DNA of 64,000 nt from positions 70,346 to 134,345 of the forward strand of contig JAWAZL010000002.1 in NCBI GenBank assembly GCA_038817485.1, given 5' to 3'. The DNA is from Nitrososphaerota archaeon (lineage in GTDB: Archaea > Thermoproteota > Nitrososphaeria_A > Caldarchaeales > JAVZCJ01). Under the pieces are notes generated by a model, which searched no databases, was not told where the DNA came from, and saw nothing but the letters and a program-made list of their open reading frames with translations. The stretch's first letter is position 1. The number at the start of each line of letters is the position of its first letter. This document shows, piece by piece, positions 63,703 through 64,000 of this stretch. Made by a program: the position numbers and the translations under genes.

Positions 63703-64000
63703 CTCTTCATATAGGAATGAATTTCCTATATGAAAAAGAGCTAAGGGAGCTCTAAGGGCGAGTTATACTTTTTTCCTCAATATTCCTCAATGAATAGTGC
63801 AATGAAGTGAGGATAAGCATCTTGCGATGCCTCACAGAGAGGCTCTCACTAAGAGAGTAGAAGAGGACTATTATACATCTATACATTTATACTGCTGTAC
63901 CAAACTCTAGCTTCTCCTTTAATGCTAATGGTTTATCACATGGTTCGTTATCGAAGCTTCATTCATCTTGGAGCCTTAGGGAGCACTTCACTTCCTTTTT
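63703..64000. other. Further hairpin-dense, relatively GC-rich non-coding sequence running off the window
   Basis: Hairpins at about 63706-63732 (TTCATATAGGA...TCCTATATGAA) and about 63807-63835 (GTGAGG-ATAA-GCATC-TTGC-GATGC-CCTCAC). T6 at about 63769-63774 and T5 at 63996-64000. No ORF of 60 aa or more. Confidence 0.25.

Overview
The window is an AT-rich archaeal chromosome segment. The coding background is very AT-rich, while every stable RNA stands out as a GC-rich island, which is the usual thermophile signature.

Most genes are housekeeping:
- **Translation and RNA:** partial thrS, eS26, proS, ABCE1, Cgi121, eS17, aRF1, tiaS, uL16, and the TFS-Rpo11-Csl4-Dph2 cluster.
- **Chromatin and replication:** a histone, top6A, a DHH RecJ/Cdc45-like protein and PolB.
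- **Metabolism:** thermosome, a delta-alpha-beta-gamma 2-oxoacid:ferredoxin oxidoreductase, ppsA, a hemL-like gene, pyrH, a leuA/cimA-ilvB-ilvN-ilvC operon, a flavodiiron protein and hom.
- **Other:** VapBC and an MPG glycosylase.

Three features point to a TACK/Asgard-type lineage, but I cannot name the organism: eS26, a 16S-23S operon with no spacer tRNA or 5S, and heavily intron-bearing tRNAs.

Observations worth follow-up:
1. A short TnpB-like ORF is interrupted by a stop codon and looks RuvC-III-dead. It abuts a roughly 230-260 nt GC-rich multi-hairpin RNA (39481-39738) that I cannot assign to a known family.
2. An RNase P RNA sits 3 nt behind the 23S processing stem, apparently as the distal gene of the rRNA operon.
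3. All six tRNA genes carry insertions, about nine introns in total, several at non-canonical positions.
4. A second unassigned GC-rich hairpin-dense region runs off the right edge (63455-64000).
5. A PpsA paralog lacks the phosphohistidine domain, and the PolB has degenerate exonuclease motifs.
6. Two genes would each be restored by adding one A to a poly-A run just after the start codon. A NifX-like ORF has no canonical start.

I found no CRISPR array, integrase or recognisable defence operon. All coordinates and motif readings are by eye, and nothing was searched against a database.
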